Below, one piece after another: positions 9,587 to 18,505 of a DNA stretch of 64,000 nt. Origin of the DNA: Acidobacteriota bacterium. Lineage in GTDB: Bacteria > Acidobacteriota > UBA890 > WLXD01. Below the pieces are notes generated by a model. That model made no database searches and was not told the DNA's origin. It saw only the letters and a program-made list of their open reading frames with translations. The DNA is taken from positions 4,096,001-4,160,000 of the forward strand of contig CBDFKD010000002.1 of the NCBI GenBank assembly GCA_965248695.1, in the 5' to 3' direction. Every line of letters starts with the position of its first letter. Within the stretch, counting starts at the first letter, position 1. The translations under genes were made by a program, and so were the position numbers.

Positions 9587-10555
9587 ATGAGTGAAAGAGC
9601 GATGAACACTTCGTGGTTTTGGCTGAAGACTACCGGGACGGCAATCCTGGCGCTTAGCATCACCGCTTGCGGTGGTGCAGAACAAGCAGCAGAAGATGAA
9701 CTTGCAGAAGCAACATTGGACCCGCCAGATATCGCAACGCTCTCGCCAGAAGCGACCGATGAAGACATCGTGCAGCACATGTTGTGGGTCATGGATAATC
9801 AGACGACCTCGAGCGAGCTAACGGAACATTTCGCTGATCTGGATCGCGTTCGTGCGTACAACATCCAGCGATTGCGCTTGGCGCATCGAGGGCAGACGGA
9901 AGCCAGAGTTGGTTGGAAAATCGGATGGTCGAACCAACCTGATCCGAGCGTCGCCATCGATCCGGCTTTCGGACACATCATGGCGTCGGACGTGCTCAAT
10001 CCTGAACTCGAGGTGTCGCTCGACCGTCTAATCGATGGTAAGACTGCCCTTGAAGCCGAGATCGCGTTTTGGCTGGATAAGGATTTACCGGGTCCTACGG
10101 TGACTCGGGAAGACGTGATTGATGCGACAGTAGAAGTAGCAGGCGCAATCGAGTTAGTCGAACCTCGTGTGGCTGCGTTCGGCAGCGATTCCCTCTATTG
10201 GCCCAACCGTCATAACCATGGCATCGTGGACAACATCTGGCACAGTGGCGTGTTGTTCGGTTCGACGCGTGTCAGCCTCGACGAGATTGATTTTGCGACC
10301 GAGACGGTAACAGTGGCTGTGAATGATGAGCCGATCTTGGAAGGCAGCATGTCGTGGACGATGGGGCGTGATCCTATCGAAGGCGTTGTATGGCTCGCGA
10401 ACGAAATGCTCGAGTACGGTTTTCAGTTGAGTGCGGGTGACTTCGTTATCACGGGCGCCGTGGTCTATAGAGGTTCGGTTCTTCCTGGTGATGAGGCGAC
10501 TCTGACGTACTCGAGTCTTGGCACGATGCGTATGACAATTGCATCTACGCCTTAG
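9587..10555 (+). CDS. 2-keto-4-pentenoate hydratase-like (FAH superfamily) protein with lipoprotein signal
   Basis: AYNIQ, VGWKIG, LEAEIAF, AIELV, GIVDN, DPIEGVVWLAN, GDFVITG; lipobox LSITAC; RBS GGAGG before ATG 9587. Confidence 0.8.
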   Translation: MSERAMNTSWFWLKTTGTAILALSITACGGAEQAAEDELAEATLDPPDIATLSPEATDEDIVQHMLWVMDNQTTSSELTEHFADLDRVRAYNIQRLRLAHRGQTEARVGWKIGWSNQPDPSVAIDPAFGHIMASDVLNPELEVSLDRLIDGKTALEAEIAFWLDKDLPGPTVTREDVIDATVEVAGAIELVEPRVAAFGSDSLYWPNRHNHGIVDNIWHSGVLFGSTRVSLDEIDFATETVTVAVNDEPILEGSMSWTMGRDPIEGVVWLANEMLEYGFQLSAGDFVITGAVVYRGSVLPGDEATLTYSSLGTMRMTIASTP

Positions 10556-10767
10556 GTGCGTGCGTAAAGCCGCATTGAATCCGCCGTAGCCCTCCGCCGC
10601 GAACCGCTTGTGCAGTCGATGCGCCCAATGCGGCAGACGGCCGCTCGAGCGATACGCCTTAGACGGCGTCTAACATCGGCTTAGTGGCCCCAAATGTGGC
10701 CCCATGCCACTGCCGGCCGATGCCTCGAACGGAGTCGGAAGCGTCGTAACCCACTGTTTCGATTGAA

Positions 10768-10825
10768 GTACCGAGGGAGGGACTCGAACCCTCACGCCCT
10801 TGCGGGCACCGGATTTTGAGTCCGG
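10768..10825 (-). tRNA. tRNA-Leu(CAA) 3' half only (att core; not a functional tRNA)
   Basis: Reverse complement CCGGACTCAAAATCCGGTGCCCGCAAGGGCGTGAGGGTTCGAGTCCCTCCCTCGGTAC has anticodon arm (CAA), variable arm and T arm; D arm and 5' acceptor strand absent. Confidence 0.8.
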
Positions 10826-11052
10826 ATAGCTTAGCCATAAGTGATGTATTATCAGTTACTTACCGGACTACGATTCGTAACTGTGTAAGTAACTGTGAAA
10901 GTTCGATGGCCTTGATCGTGATTCGTGTCCTCCGTCCGAGCCGCGTGTCGAGCTCTTCATTGGCCCTGCCAGGCAGGCGCGGTTCCCAGCGCTAGAATGA
11001 CCCGGATGCAGAGGCTACGAGAGCCGAGGGACGAGCGGCGGAAGGAGAGAGG

Positions 11053-11541
11053 ATGATCGAGGAAAGGGATGGCTGGTTTGTGAAGAACGTCAAGGACGCG
11101 CCGTGGGAGCAAACCGAGGCGTTCGGAAAGGTCTGTTGGTTCGATACGGAGGATCCGTTCCCGCAAATCGGGATACATATCTTCTTGCTCGAGCCTGGCA
11201 AGCCGAACTGTCGCTACCATAGGGAAGAGGCGCAGGAGGGTTTCCTCGTCCTGGCCGGACGCTGCAAGCTGCTGGTTAATGGCGAGGAACGCTCGCTGGA
11301 AACCTGGGATTTTGTCCATTGCCCGGCCGGAGTGTCCCATGTCTTCGTCGGTGTCGACGGGCTATGTGCTCTCTTGGCGATCGGGCACCGACCCGACAAG
11401 GAGCAGCTGTTCTACCCGGCCAGCGAGTTGGCCCGCCGATACAACGCTGAGACTCCCGAACCCACGGCCGATCCGGAAGTCGCGTACTCGGACACCAGGC
11501 AGCGGTTCAGGATCGATCCGCCGAAGTGGCCGATAGCGTAG
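11053..11541 (+). CDS. Cupin-domain protein
   Basis: LEPGKPNCRYHREEAQEGFLVLAG..DFVHCPAGVSHVF cupin motifs. Confidence 0.85.
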   Translation: MIEERDGWFVKNVKDAPWEQTEAFGKVCWFDTEDPFPQIGIHIFLLEPGKPNCRYHREEAQEGFLVLAGRCKLLVNGEERSLETWDFVHCPAGVSHVFVGVDGLCALLAIGHRPDKEQLFYPASELARRYNAETPEPTADPEVAYSDTRQRFRIDPPKWPIA

Positions 11542-11803
11542 CTTTACTCGATAGGGACAGGACGCGAGGTATACCAGAGCGACGGCATAACACGCCGTCG
11601 TAGCAGACTCGGCGTCGCCCCGCGTCGCTTCTTTGCGCTCTATCTTTAGCGATTTTGGATGCGTTCCTGCTGTTGCTGTGGGACACGGGCCTGCGGGCGA
11701 GCTCGTGAACAACCTCTTCAGGAAGCACAACTAGTTTCCACTGGTTACCCAGTCGATGCGGGAGGAGCAGGATTTCCTCGACGGTCCGAATCGTACCCTG
11801 TCC

Positions 11804-11873
11804 AAGACGACGATTATCTACACCCCACGTCCTGAACGAAGGCCGAGGTGTGGTCAGCCCGGCCGATGAACTC
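11804..11873 (+). pseudogene. intI: Integron integrase C-terminal remnant
   Basis: Reads K-T-T-I-I-Y-T-(+1 C)-H-V-L-N-E-G-R-G-V-V-S-P-A-D-E-L, matching the IntI tail TTMIYTHVLNRGGRGVxSPLD. Confidence 0.7.
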
Positions 11874-12057
11874 GAAGACGCTCAGACGCGAGCGCCCCGA
11901 GTTTCCGCCGGGATCCTTAGACGCGGACCTCGCAGCCAGCCGTCCTCGCCATGACCGTTCAATTCCTTTCCACTCAGTAGCTTGGAGCTCTCTTGGCCGT
12001 TGCGTTAGACGCGGGAATCGTCAACCATGGCGGATCGATGAATGCAGTCGAATACTA

Positions 12058-12975
12058 GTTAGGCCGACCCCGGATCAAGCCGACACGAATTGTGACCTCA
12101 CCCGGCACGATTCTTCGAGAAGGTCAAACCATGAGTGACCCCTTTGCTCCACGCGTTGGCGGAGTCCTCAGCGCCGACATCGCCGTTCCCGAACACGAAC
12201 GTGAAGTGCACTTCTACTCGCGTGTACTCAGCACGGGTGAGAGCCCGCTTTGGCGCGAGGATCTAATGAACAACCTCGGCATGCCGATCATCGGATTGGG
12301 CGCGCGTAGCACGGAGCATGAGATGCTCCCTCTCCAATGGATGCCGCACATTCAGGTCGATGATGTCGCAACGAGTGTTGAGCGTGCCCTGGGTCTGGGC
12401 GGGAGCGAGCTCATGCACGGCAAGGACGACGATGGAAAGAGCCAGTGGGCGGTGCTGCTCGATCCCAATGGGGCGGCGTTCGGGATCATTCCAGTCGTTT
12501 CTGCGGACGAAATTTCCGCATCAGACGGCGCCACATCTCGCGACCCGTCGGCGCCTGTGGGATGCGTCGCCTGGCTCGACTTGACGGTATCTGACGCCAC
12601 GGCAACTCGTGAGTTCTACGGACAGGTCGTTGGCTGGTCGGTGCAAGACCTCGAGATGGAGGACGCAAGTGAGCGCTACGCCGACTACAACATGTTCGGT
12701 AGTGATGAAAGACCGGCGGCCGGAATCTGTCATGCGCGCGGAGTAAACCTGGATCTGCCGCCTGTCTGGATGATCTACCTTCCCGTTGGCGACCTCGCCG
12801 AAAGTCTCCGTCGCGTACGAGAGGAAGGAGGTGAGGTCATCAAGGCGACACCGGAGAAGCATGGGAAGCACGCTTATGCGGTTGTTCAGGATCCCGTGGG
12901 AGCATGCCTCGCGCTGGTGCCGGGATAGAGAAAGGTGCAGCGGCCTAACACGACGTTGAAGACGGATCGGGCCGC
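12058..12975 (+). mobile_element. Integron gene cassette (VOC gene) with truncated attC
   Basis: GTTAGGCCG at 12058..12066 is the exact reverse complement of CGGCCTAAC at 12941..12949, which is followed by attC-like ACGACGTTGAAGACGG. Confidence 0.65.
12131..12928 (+). CDS. VOC/glyoxalase-bleomycin resistance family protein (two domains)
   Basis: WMPHIQVDDV, LLDPNGAAFG, WLDLTVSDATATREFYGQVVGW, PPVWMIY, QDPVGA. Confidence 0.88.
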   Translation: MSDPFAPRVGGVLSADIAVPEHEREVHFYSRVLSTGESPLWREDLMNNLGMPIIGLGARSTEHEMLPLQWMPHIQVDDVATSVERALGLGGSELMHGKDDDGKSQWAVLLDPNGAAFGIIPVVSADEISASDGATSRDPSAPVGCVAWLDLTVSDATATREFYGQVVGWSVQDLEMEDASERYADYNMFGSDERPAAGICHARGVNLDLPPVWMIYLPVGDLAESLRRVREEGGEVIKATPEKHGKHAYAVVQDPVGACLALVPG

Positions 12976-13580
12976 AGAACATCAGGCACGGCGCGGGCGA
13001 CAATCAGTTCGGAGTCCGGCGTGGCCCCGTTCGGAAGCTGGCGAAGAGAATCAAGACGAACCACGAGCTGGCCCTGGCTCTCTGGGAGACCGGGAACATC
13101 GACGCCCGTTTCTTGGCGATTCTCCTGATCAAGCCTAAGCACCTGTCAGTAGATGAATTGGATCGGCTCGTGCGGTCCGTCACCTTTGTGGAAGTGGCGG
13201 ACTGGTTCATCTCTTATGTCGTCAAGAAGCGCGCGGACAAGGAGACTCTTCGCCAGACGTGGATGGCCACTGACGATCCCATGGCTGCCCGCGCCGGCTG
13301 GAGCCTCACTACCGAGCGGGTCGTGAAGAGTCCAGAAGGGCTCGACCTCTTCGTGCTTTTGGAACGCATCGAGTCCGAGATGGGCGACGCCGCTCCGGAA
13401 GTGCAATGGACGATGAACTTCGTTCTTGTGGAGATCGGAACCCACTTCCCCGACCACCGCGAGCGGGCCCTTGCTATCGGAGAAAAGTTGGGACTCTATC
13501 GGGACTATCCCGTTTCCAAGGGTTGCACCTCACCCTTCGCCCCGATATGGATCAACGAGATGGTGAGCCGGCAAGGATGA
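12972..13580 (+). pseudogene. DNA alkylation repair (AlkD-like) protein, 5'-truncated
   Basis: Open frame QNIRHGAGDNQFGV..HELALALWETGNIDARFLAIL..VQWTMN..DYPVSKGCTSPFAPIWI has no start codon; fused to the broken attC. Confidence 0.75.
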
Positions 13581-13739
13581 ATCTGTGTAAGTTGTTGAAA
13601 ACAAAAGTACATTGCGGCCCACGTAATCGTTCACCAAAGCTCGGAAACTCGACAGTGACAATGGCCGCTGGCCTTCTCGAAGGTACTGTGCCGCCGAGAA
13701 TCCCGGGTCATGCGCACGCAACGGAGGTGAGCCCATGCG

Positions 13740-14264
13740 GTGCTCCTGGATAAAGCAGTGCTGCCGGTGATCGCCGCGACCCTGCTGGTGGCTGCGGGCG
13801 CAACCGGCGCTCAGGAAATATCCGCGCTGGAGCAATCGGCGCTGGATCACGTCGAGTCGACGACACAAGCGTACGGGGCTCTGGGAAGCGGGGACGATAA
13901 CGACGTCGACCGCTACCTGGGCCACTATGCCAAGGAACTCACCTGGTGGGGCCCGGAAGGCCGCAGCCTGGGGTCATACCCCGAATCGGGAAATGTAGAC
14001 GCCTGGGATGATTACCACTCCTGGTGGACGCAGTACGTCGAGAACCAGGGTAGCGTGGTGTCGGCGGAAATGACCGACGCCGTGGCGCAGGTGTCCGAGT
14101 CGGGAGACACCGCCATTGTGTCGTACCTGCTGGTAGCCGACTATCGAAGCGCCGACGGGTCCGTCAGCCGATCCACTTTCCAGATGTCGACCAGCATGAT
14201 GATGCAGGACGGCGGCTGGAAGATCGTCCACCTGCACTACCAGAGCGTGCCGCAGGACGAATAG
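13740..14264 (+). CDS. Secreted SnoaL/NTF2-like (DUF4440-type) protein
   Basis: Signal peptide, GDTAIVSY and DGGWKIVHLHY motifs; the true start may be ATG 13735 with a 1-nt indel. Confidence 0.75.
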   Translation: MLLDKAVLPVIAATLLVAAGATGAQEISALEQSALDHVESTTQAYGALGSGDDNDVDRYLGHYAKELTWWGPEGRSLGSYPESGNVDAWDDYHSWWTQYVENQGSVVSAEMTDAVAQVSESGDTAIVSYLLVADYRSADGSVSRSTFQMSTSMMMQDGGWKIVHLHYQSVPQDE

Positions 14265-14509
14265 GGCTGCGGTCGGCGGTCGCAGCGACGCTCGCGGGGG
14301 TTGATCCGATCCGCTGGCTGGCGCCCTCGTCGAGAGACGACGACTCAGGCTCGCACGACGCACCGTCCGGGACGGAATCCGACGAGGCGCCCTCACCGGG
14401 GGCGGATCCTGCAGCAACGCCGGCGCCTGGTGAAGGTTCCTGACGACTCGATTCGTCGGGCTGAAGTGGTGCAAGAAACGGTGCAACGCGCGCGACGGGC
14501 AAGCCGTGC

Positions 14510-14542
14510 TGACCTGACCCCGCTAACCGCGGGGTCAGGTCA
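14510..14542. mobile_element. 33-bp IS3 end-to-end hairpin footprint
   Basis: TGACCTGACCCCGC-TAACC-GCGGGGTCAGGTCA; the right 20 nt equal the right end of the IS3 copies. Confidence 0.85.
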
Positions 14543-15391
14543 GAGCTACAGCGGCTGCGCCGCACCTACGGCAGCGAACGTCTACGGTTCAATACCATCA
14601 TGATTCACTTGGACGGCACCAATGAGATTCGTACCGGCGCGGTGCTCGAGCCGTACAGCGATGACCCGGGCAACCGGGGCACGACCCTGCTCGACACCGG
14701 ACAGCTGCGTGACTTCATCGTGCAGCTTCACGAAGCCAGGATCGATCTGCACATGCACATCGTGGGCGACCGGGGCGTACGCATCGCCCTGGATGCGGTG
14801 GAAGCAGCGCGCAGGTCGGTCGACGGCGAACTGTATCCACGCGTCACCCTGTGTGAGCTGGACATCATCGATACGGCTGACTACCCGCGTTTCAAACAGC
14901 TGGGTGTCATTGCCAACTACACGCCCCAGTGGCACGGCCTGGGCGACCGACTGCCGTTGACCGCCGCTACCCTTGGCCCCCGCTTCGAAAGAATGGTGCT
15001 GGTGCAGCCGTTACTGGATGACGGCGCGGTGGTGGCCTTCGCCAGCGGCGTGAACTCGTTCAGGGCAATGGAGCGGGCCAACCCTTATCTGGGGATGCAG
15101 ATCGGCCACAACCGCCAATACCATCAACAAGGTGAGGCGGCGCCGATAGGGCTGCCGATGACCGAACGCCTGGACCTGGAGGATCTAGTCAAGGGATATA
15201 CGTTGAACGGCGCCTACCAGCTCCGCATGGACGACCAGCTCGGCTCCATCGAGGTAGGCAAGCTCGCCGACCTGGTCGTGCTCGATCGCAACCTGTTCGA
15301 AATCGATCGGTACGAGATCCACGAGGTTCGACCCGAAGCGGTCATCATGGAAGGCGAGATCATCAGGGGAAGCTTAGACGCGTCGAGATGA
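14543..15391 (+). pseudogene. Amidohydrolase (YtcJ/Amidohydro_3-like), 5'-truncated at the IS footprint
   Basis: LHMHIVGDRGV, YTLNGAYQL..LGSIEVGKLADLVVLDRN; frame runs back to 14543 and the N-terminal half is missing. Confidence 0.8.
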
Positions 15392-15529
15392 GACGACCCC
15401 AGCTCAGCACCTGGTTGATGGCACGAACGTGACAGGCAGGATGATCGTCGCCCAACTTCCACCGGGACGCCGACGAGTCACCGGTAGCCGGCGCCGTCGC
15501 CGTGCTGATTCGCTTCGCGAATCGGTCGT

Positions 15530-16933
15530 GAGATATAACCGGAAGTTGTGGATGGGAGGAAAAAGAAAGGCGGCGTAACCTTCGCTGGGATCATCAACAA
15601 CCAGCAGCCGGCTGTGGAGGCCGGGAAGGAGACGCCACTCGTGCTCAAGATTATCGGTGGATCGGACGCGGAGGAAGGACAGCTGACACTGGACGTCGAT
15701 GAGCTCGCCCGGCAGGGCGCGCTGCAGATGCTGGCAACAGCACTGGAGTGGGAGGTTCAGGAGTATATCCAGAGCCACGCCGGGCAACTGGATGAAGCCG
15801 GCCGTCGGCAAGTGGTACGCAACGGTCGGGCTCGCGCACGCAAGATCACGTTGGGGTGCGGGACGGTGCAAGTAGCCGCGCCACGGGTCAACGACAAGCG
15901 GCTCGACGAGCAGGGACTGAGGCAGCGGTTCAGCAGTCGGATCCTGCCGCCCTACATGCGGCGCTCGCCGAAGGTGGCGGAGGTGCTGCCGGTGCTGTAC
16001 CTGCGGGGCCTGTCGACGGGCGACTTCAAGGAGGCGCTGCCGATCTTACTGGGACAGGAAGCCAGCGGGCTGTCGGCATCGGCGATCTGCCGGCTGACGA
16101 ACGCCTGGAGCACGGAGTACGAGGCATTCCGGAAGCTGGATCTGTCCACCAAGCAGTACGTATACGTGTGGGCGGACGGTGTGCACTTCAACATTCGACT
16201 CGAGGATGATCGGCTGTGCACGCTGGTGATCCTGGGCGTTTTGCCGGACGGAACCAAGGAGCTCATCGCGGTCGAGGACGGGTATCGAGAGAGCACCGAG
16301 AGCTGGGCGTTCGTGCTCCGGGAGCTGAAGCGTCGAGGCATGCGGGCGCCGCTCGTGGCAGTGGGTGATGGGGCGCTGGGGTTCTGGGCGGCGGTGCGGG
16401 ATGTATGGCCCCAGACTCGAGAGCAACGATGCTGGGTGCATCGGCTTGGCAACGTGCTCGACAAGCTACCGAGGCGGCTGCAGGCCAAAGCCAAGCGCGC
16501 GCTGCACGAGATCATCGGTGCGCCAACGCGCGAGGATGCTCAGGAGGGCATGGCGCGGTTCGCAGCCGACTACGGCGCCAAGTACTCCAAGGCCGTGGCG
16601 TCGTTGCAACGCGACTCCGACAAGCTGCTGACGTTCTACGACTTCCCCGCCGACCACTGGGTTCATCTGCGCACGGCCAACCCGATCGAGTCGGCGTTCG
16701 CCACCGTACGCCTGAGACAACGCGTCACCAAGGGCGCCGGCTCACGCACCAAGGCGCTGACGATGGCATTCAAGCTCCTGGAGATGGCACAGCAACGATG
16801 GCGCCGCATCAACGCTCCTCACCTCACTGCCCTCGTACTCGAGGGCGCCACATTCGTCGATGGAGTTCACCTGATCGCTAGCGAAGACGCCGCCTGAACA
16901 AATCCACCGATCCACAACATTTGCAAATAACTC
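15530..16933 (+). mobile_element. IS256-family insertion sequence (second type), no TSD
   Basis: Imperfect TIRs GAGATATAACCGGAAGTTGTGGATGGG / GAGTTATTTGCAAATGTTGTGGATCGG; flanks TCGGTCGT vs GCCGTCGA differ. Confidence 0.88.
15641..16897 (+). CDS. IS256-family transposase
   Basis: VVRNG, LYLRGLSTGDF, YVWADG, DGYRES, GDGALGFW, QRCWVH, HLRTANPIES; GTG 15641 with AGGAG RBS. Confidence 0.95.
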   Translation: MLKIIGGSDAEEGQLTLDVDELARQGALQMLATALEWEVQEYIQSHAGQLDEAGRRQVVRNGRARARKITLGCGTVQVAAPRVNDKRLDEQGLRQRFSSRILPPYMRRSPKVAEVLPVLYLRGLSTGDFKEALPILLGQEASGLSASAICRLTNAWSTEYEAFRKLDLSTKQYVYVWADGVHFNIRLEDDRLCTLVILGVLPDGTKELIAVEDGYRESTESWAFVLRELKRRGMRAPLVAVGDGALGFWAAVRDVWPQTREQRCWVHRLGNVLDKLPRRLQAKAKRALHEIIGAPTREDAQEGMARFAADYGAKYSKAVASLQRDSDKLLTFYDFPADHWVHLRTANPIESAFATVRLRQRVTKGAGSRTKALTMAFKLLEMAQQRWRRINAPHLTALVLEGATFVDGVHLIASEDAA

Positions 16934-17018
16934 GCCGTCGAACCCGGCACGCCTTTACAGCCCGATCGACTCAACCCTATGGTTGCAGGCGGTCGTAGGG
17001 CGAGCGTGAGCACCGACG

Positions 17019-17610
17019 ATGGGACACCCAACCAAACTCGAGAGGCTGTCAGACACGGAGCTCGTGGTGCGTGCAAGCAACGGTGACGATCAGGCGCTGG
17101 CCCGCGTCTACGACCTGTACGGCGCCAGCGCGTACTCGATCGCATTCAGCATCCTGCCGCGACCACCAGGATGCGGAGGACGCGGTGGCCCGCGCTTTCG
17201 CTCAGGTCTGGAAGCAATCGGAGCGCTTCGAGCCGGCTCGCAGCAGCGTCGCCGCGTGGTTGCACACGATTGTTCGTAGCCGCGCGCTGGATCTGCACCG
17301 TGCGCGTCGGCGACGGCTACGTGCCGTCGAGGCTGCCGGTGCCGCTCCCGATCCCATGGGCTGGTCGCCGGCGGGGCCGGAGGAACACGTGGCGCACGCC
17401 GAGCAACGGGAGCTGGTCAGCCTGTCGCTGTCCGAGCTGTCGTCCGAGCAGCGTGAGGCGGTGGTCATGGCCTACTACTGCGGTATGACGCAGAGCGAGA
17501 TCGCGGCGCAGATCGGAGAGCCGCTCGGTACAGTGAAATCGCGCCTGCGCGCGGCAATGCAGAAACTGCGTGTGTCGCTGAGCGGGCTCCAACGGCAGGT
17601 GGAGCGATGA
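17019..17610 (+). CDS. sigK: ECF sigma factor, SigK-like (frameshift near 17157)
   Basis: GDDQALARVYDLY in one frame, DAEDAV..SVAAWL..TQSEIAAQIGEPLGTVKSR in the next; extra C in CTGCCGC. Confidence 0.8.
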
Positions 17611-18401
17611 GCGAGCGCCACGAATGGCTGGATTCGGCGGCGGCGTATGCGCTCGACGCGCTGGACGGGAACGAGCGGTCGACGTTCGAGGAACACCTGG
17701 CCGGTTGTGCGGTCTGCCAGGGTGAGGTGGCCGAGCTGCGGGCCACTGCCGGGTCGCTGGCATTCGCGGCTCCCGAGATTCGGCCGGATCCACGGCTTCG
17801 TCAGCGCATTCTGGATGAGGCCGTAGAGGCACGGTCATCCGTTGTTCAAGCCGACGGAATCGCGCCAGCGGCCGAACGGGGAATGTCGCGTTGGCTGCTT
17901 GCTGCCGCCTCTGTGGCCGCCGTGGCCGCTGGCGCCGGCTACTGGTTCGAGCGCCAGGCCCGCCTCGAGCTCGGATCGGTGCTCGACAGCGCTAGGCGGC
18001 AGCTGACGGAGAGCCAGCTCGAGATCGGCCGCCAGCAAGCGCTCCTCGACGTCCTGGTGGACGCCGATATCGTCACCGCCACGTTGAGTGCCACCGATGC
18101 GGCCCCATCCGCAAGGCTCTACTGGAATCGCCGCCAGGGGGTCGCGATGCTGACCGCGTTCAACCTGGCCGCCGCCCCGGACGGACGCACATACCAGCTG
18201 TGGGGCATCGATACCGTGGCTGGAACGGCCCCCGTCAGCCTGGGAACCTTCGATCCCGACGCGGCGCAGCGCGCTGCGCTCACGGTCGCCATGCCGGCCG
18301 GAGCGGCCTTCGACCTCGCTGCCGTAACCGAAGAGCCGGCGGGGGGCTCAGCACAGCCCACGACGACGCCGTTCCTCGTGGGTGGTTTCGCCGGCAACTA
18401 G
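17607..18401 (+). CDS. rskA: Anti-sigma-K factor RskA-like (zf-HC2 + TM + RskA domain)
   Basis: AYALDAL..FEEHLAGCAVC, TM helix, RTYQLW, AVTEEPAGGSAQPT. Confidence 0.88.
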   Translation: MSERHEWLDSAAAYALDALDGNERSTFEEHLAGCAVCQGEVAELRATAGSLAFAAPEIRPDPRLRQRILDEAVEARSSVVQADGIAPAAERGMSRWLLAAASVAAVAAGAGYWFERQARLELGSVLDSARRQLTESQLEIGRQQALLDVLVDADIVTATLSATDAAPSARLYWNRRQGVAMLTAFNLAAAPDGRTYQLWGIDTVAGTAPVSLGTFDPDAAQRAALTVAMPAGAAFDLAAVTEEPAGGSAQPTTTPFLVGGFAGN

Positions 18402-18433
18402 TGCGGTCGTCGTACGGTTTTCCGGTGCACGAA

Positions 18434-18459
18434 CGATCCGATCGCGGGGCTCCGGCGTA
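18434..18459 (+). promoter_or_regulatory. Putative SigK-type ECF promoter of the DUF4331 gene
   Basis: CGATCC-N16-CGTA, resembling SigK promoters (CCATCC..CGAA). Confidence 0.45.
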
Positions 18460-18505
18460 TAGGAGGTAGGTAGCACTTCACCCACCTCCGGAAGAGGAGC
18501 ACCCC

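Noticed and set aside
10768-10850. Intact tRNA-Leu gene
   Set aside because: The 5' acceptor strand and D arm are absent; only the 3' half is present
10831-10862. dif/XerCD site (TTAGCCATAA..TTATCAGTTAC)
   Set aside because: Spacer and XerD arm fit poorly; better explained as an IHF box beside an att core
14266-14286. Rho-independent terminator after the SnoaL-like gene
   Set aside because: A hairpin is possible but there is no U-tract; support is too weak
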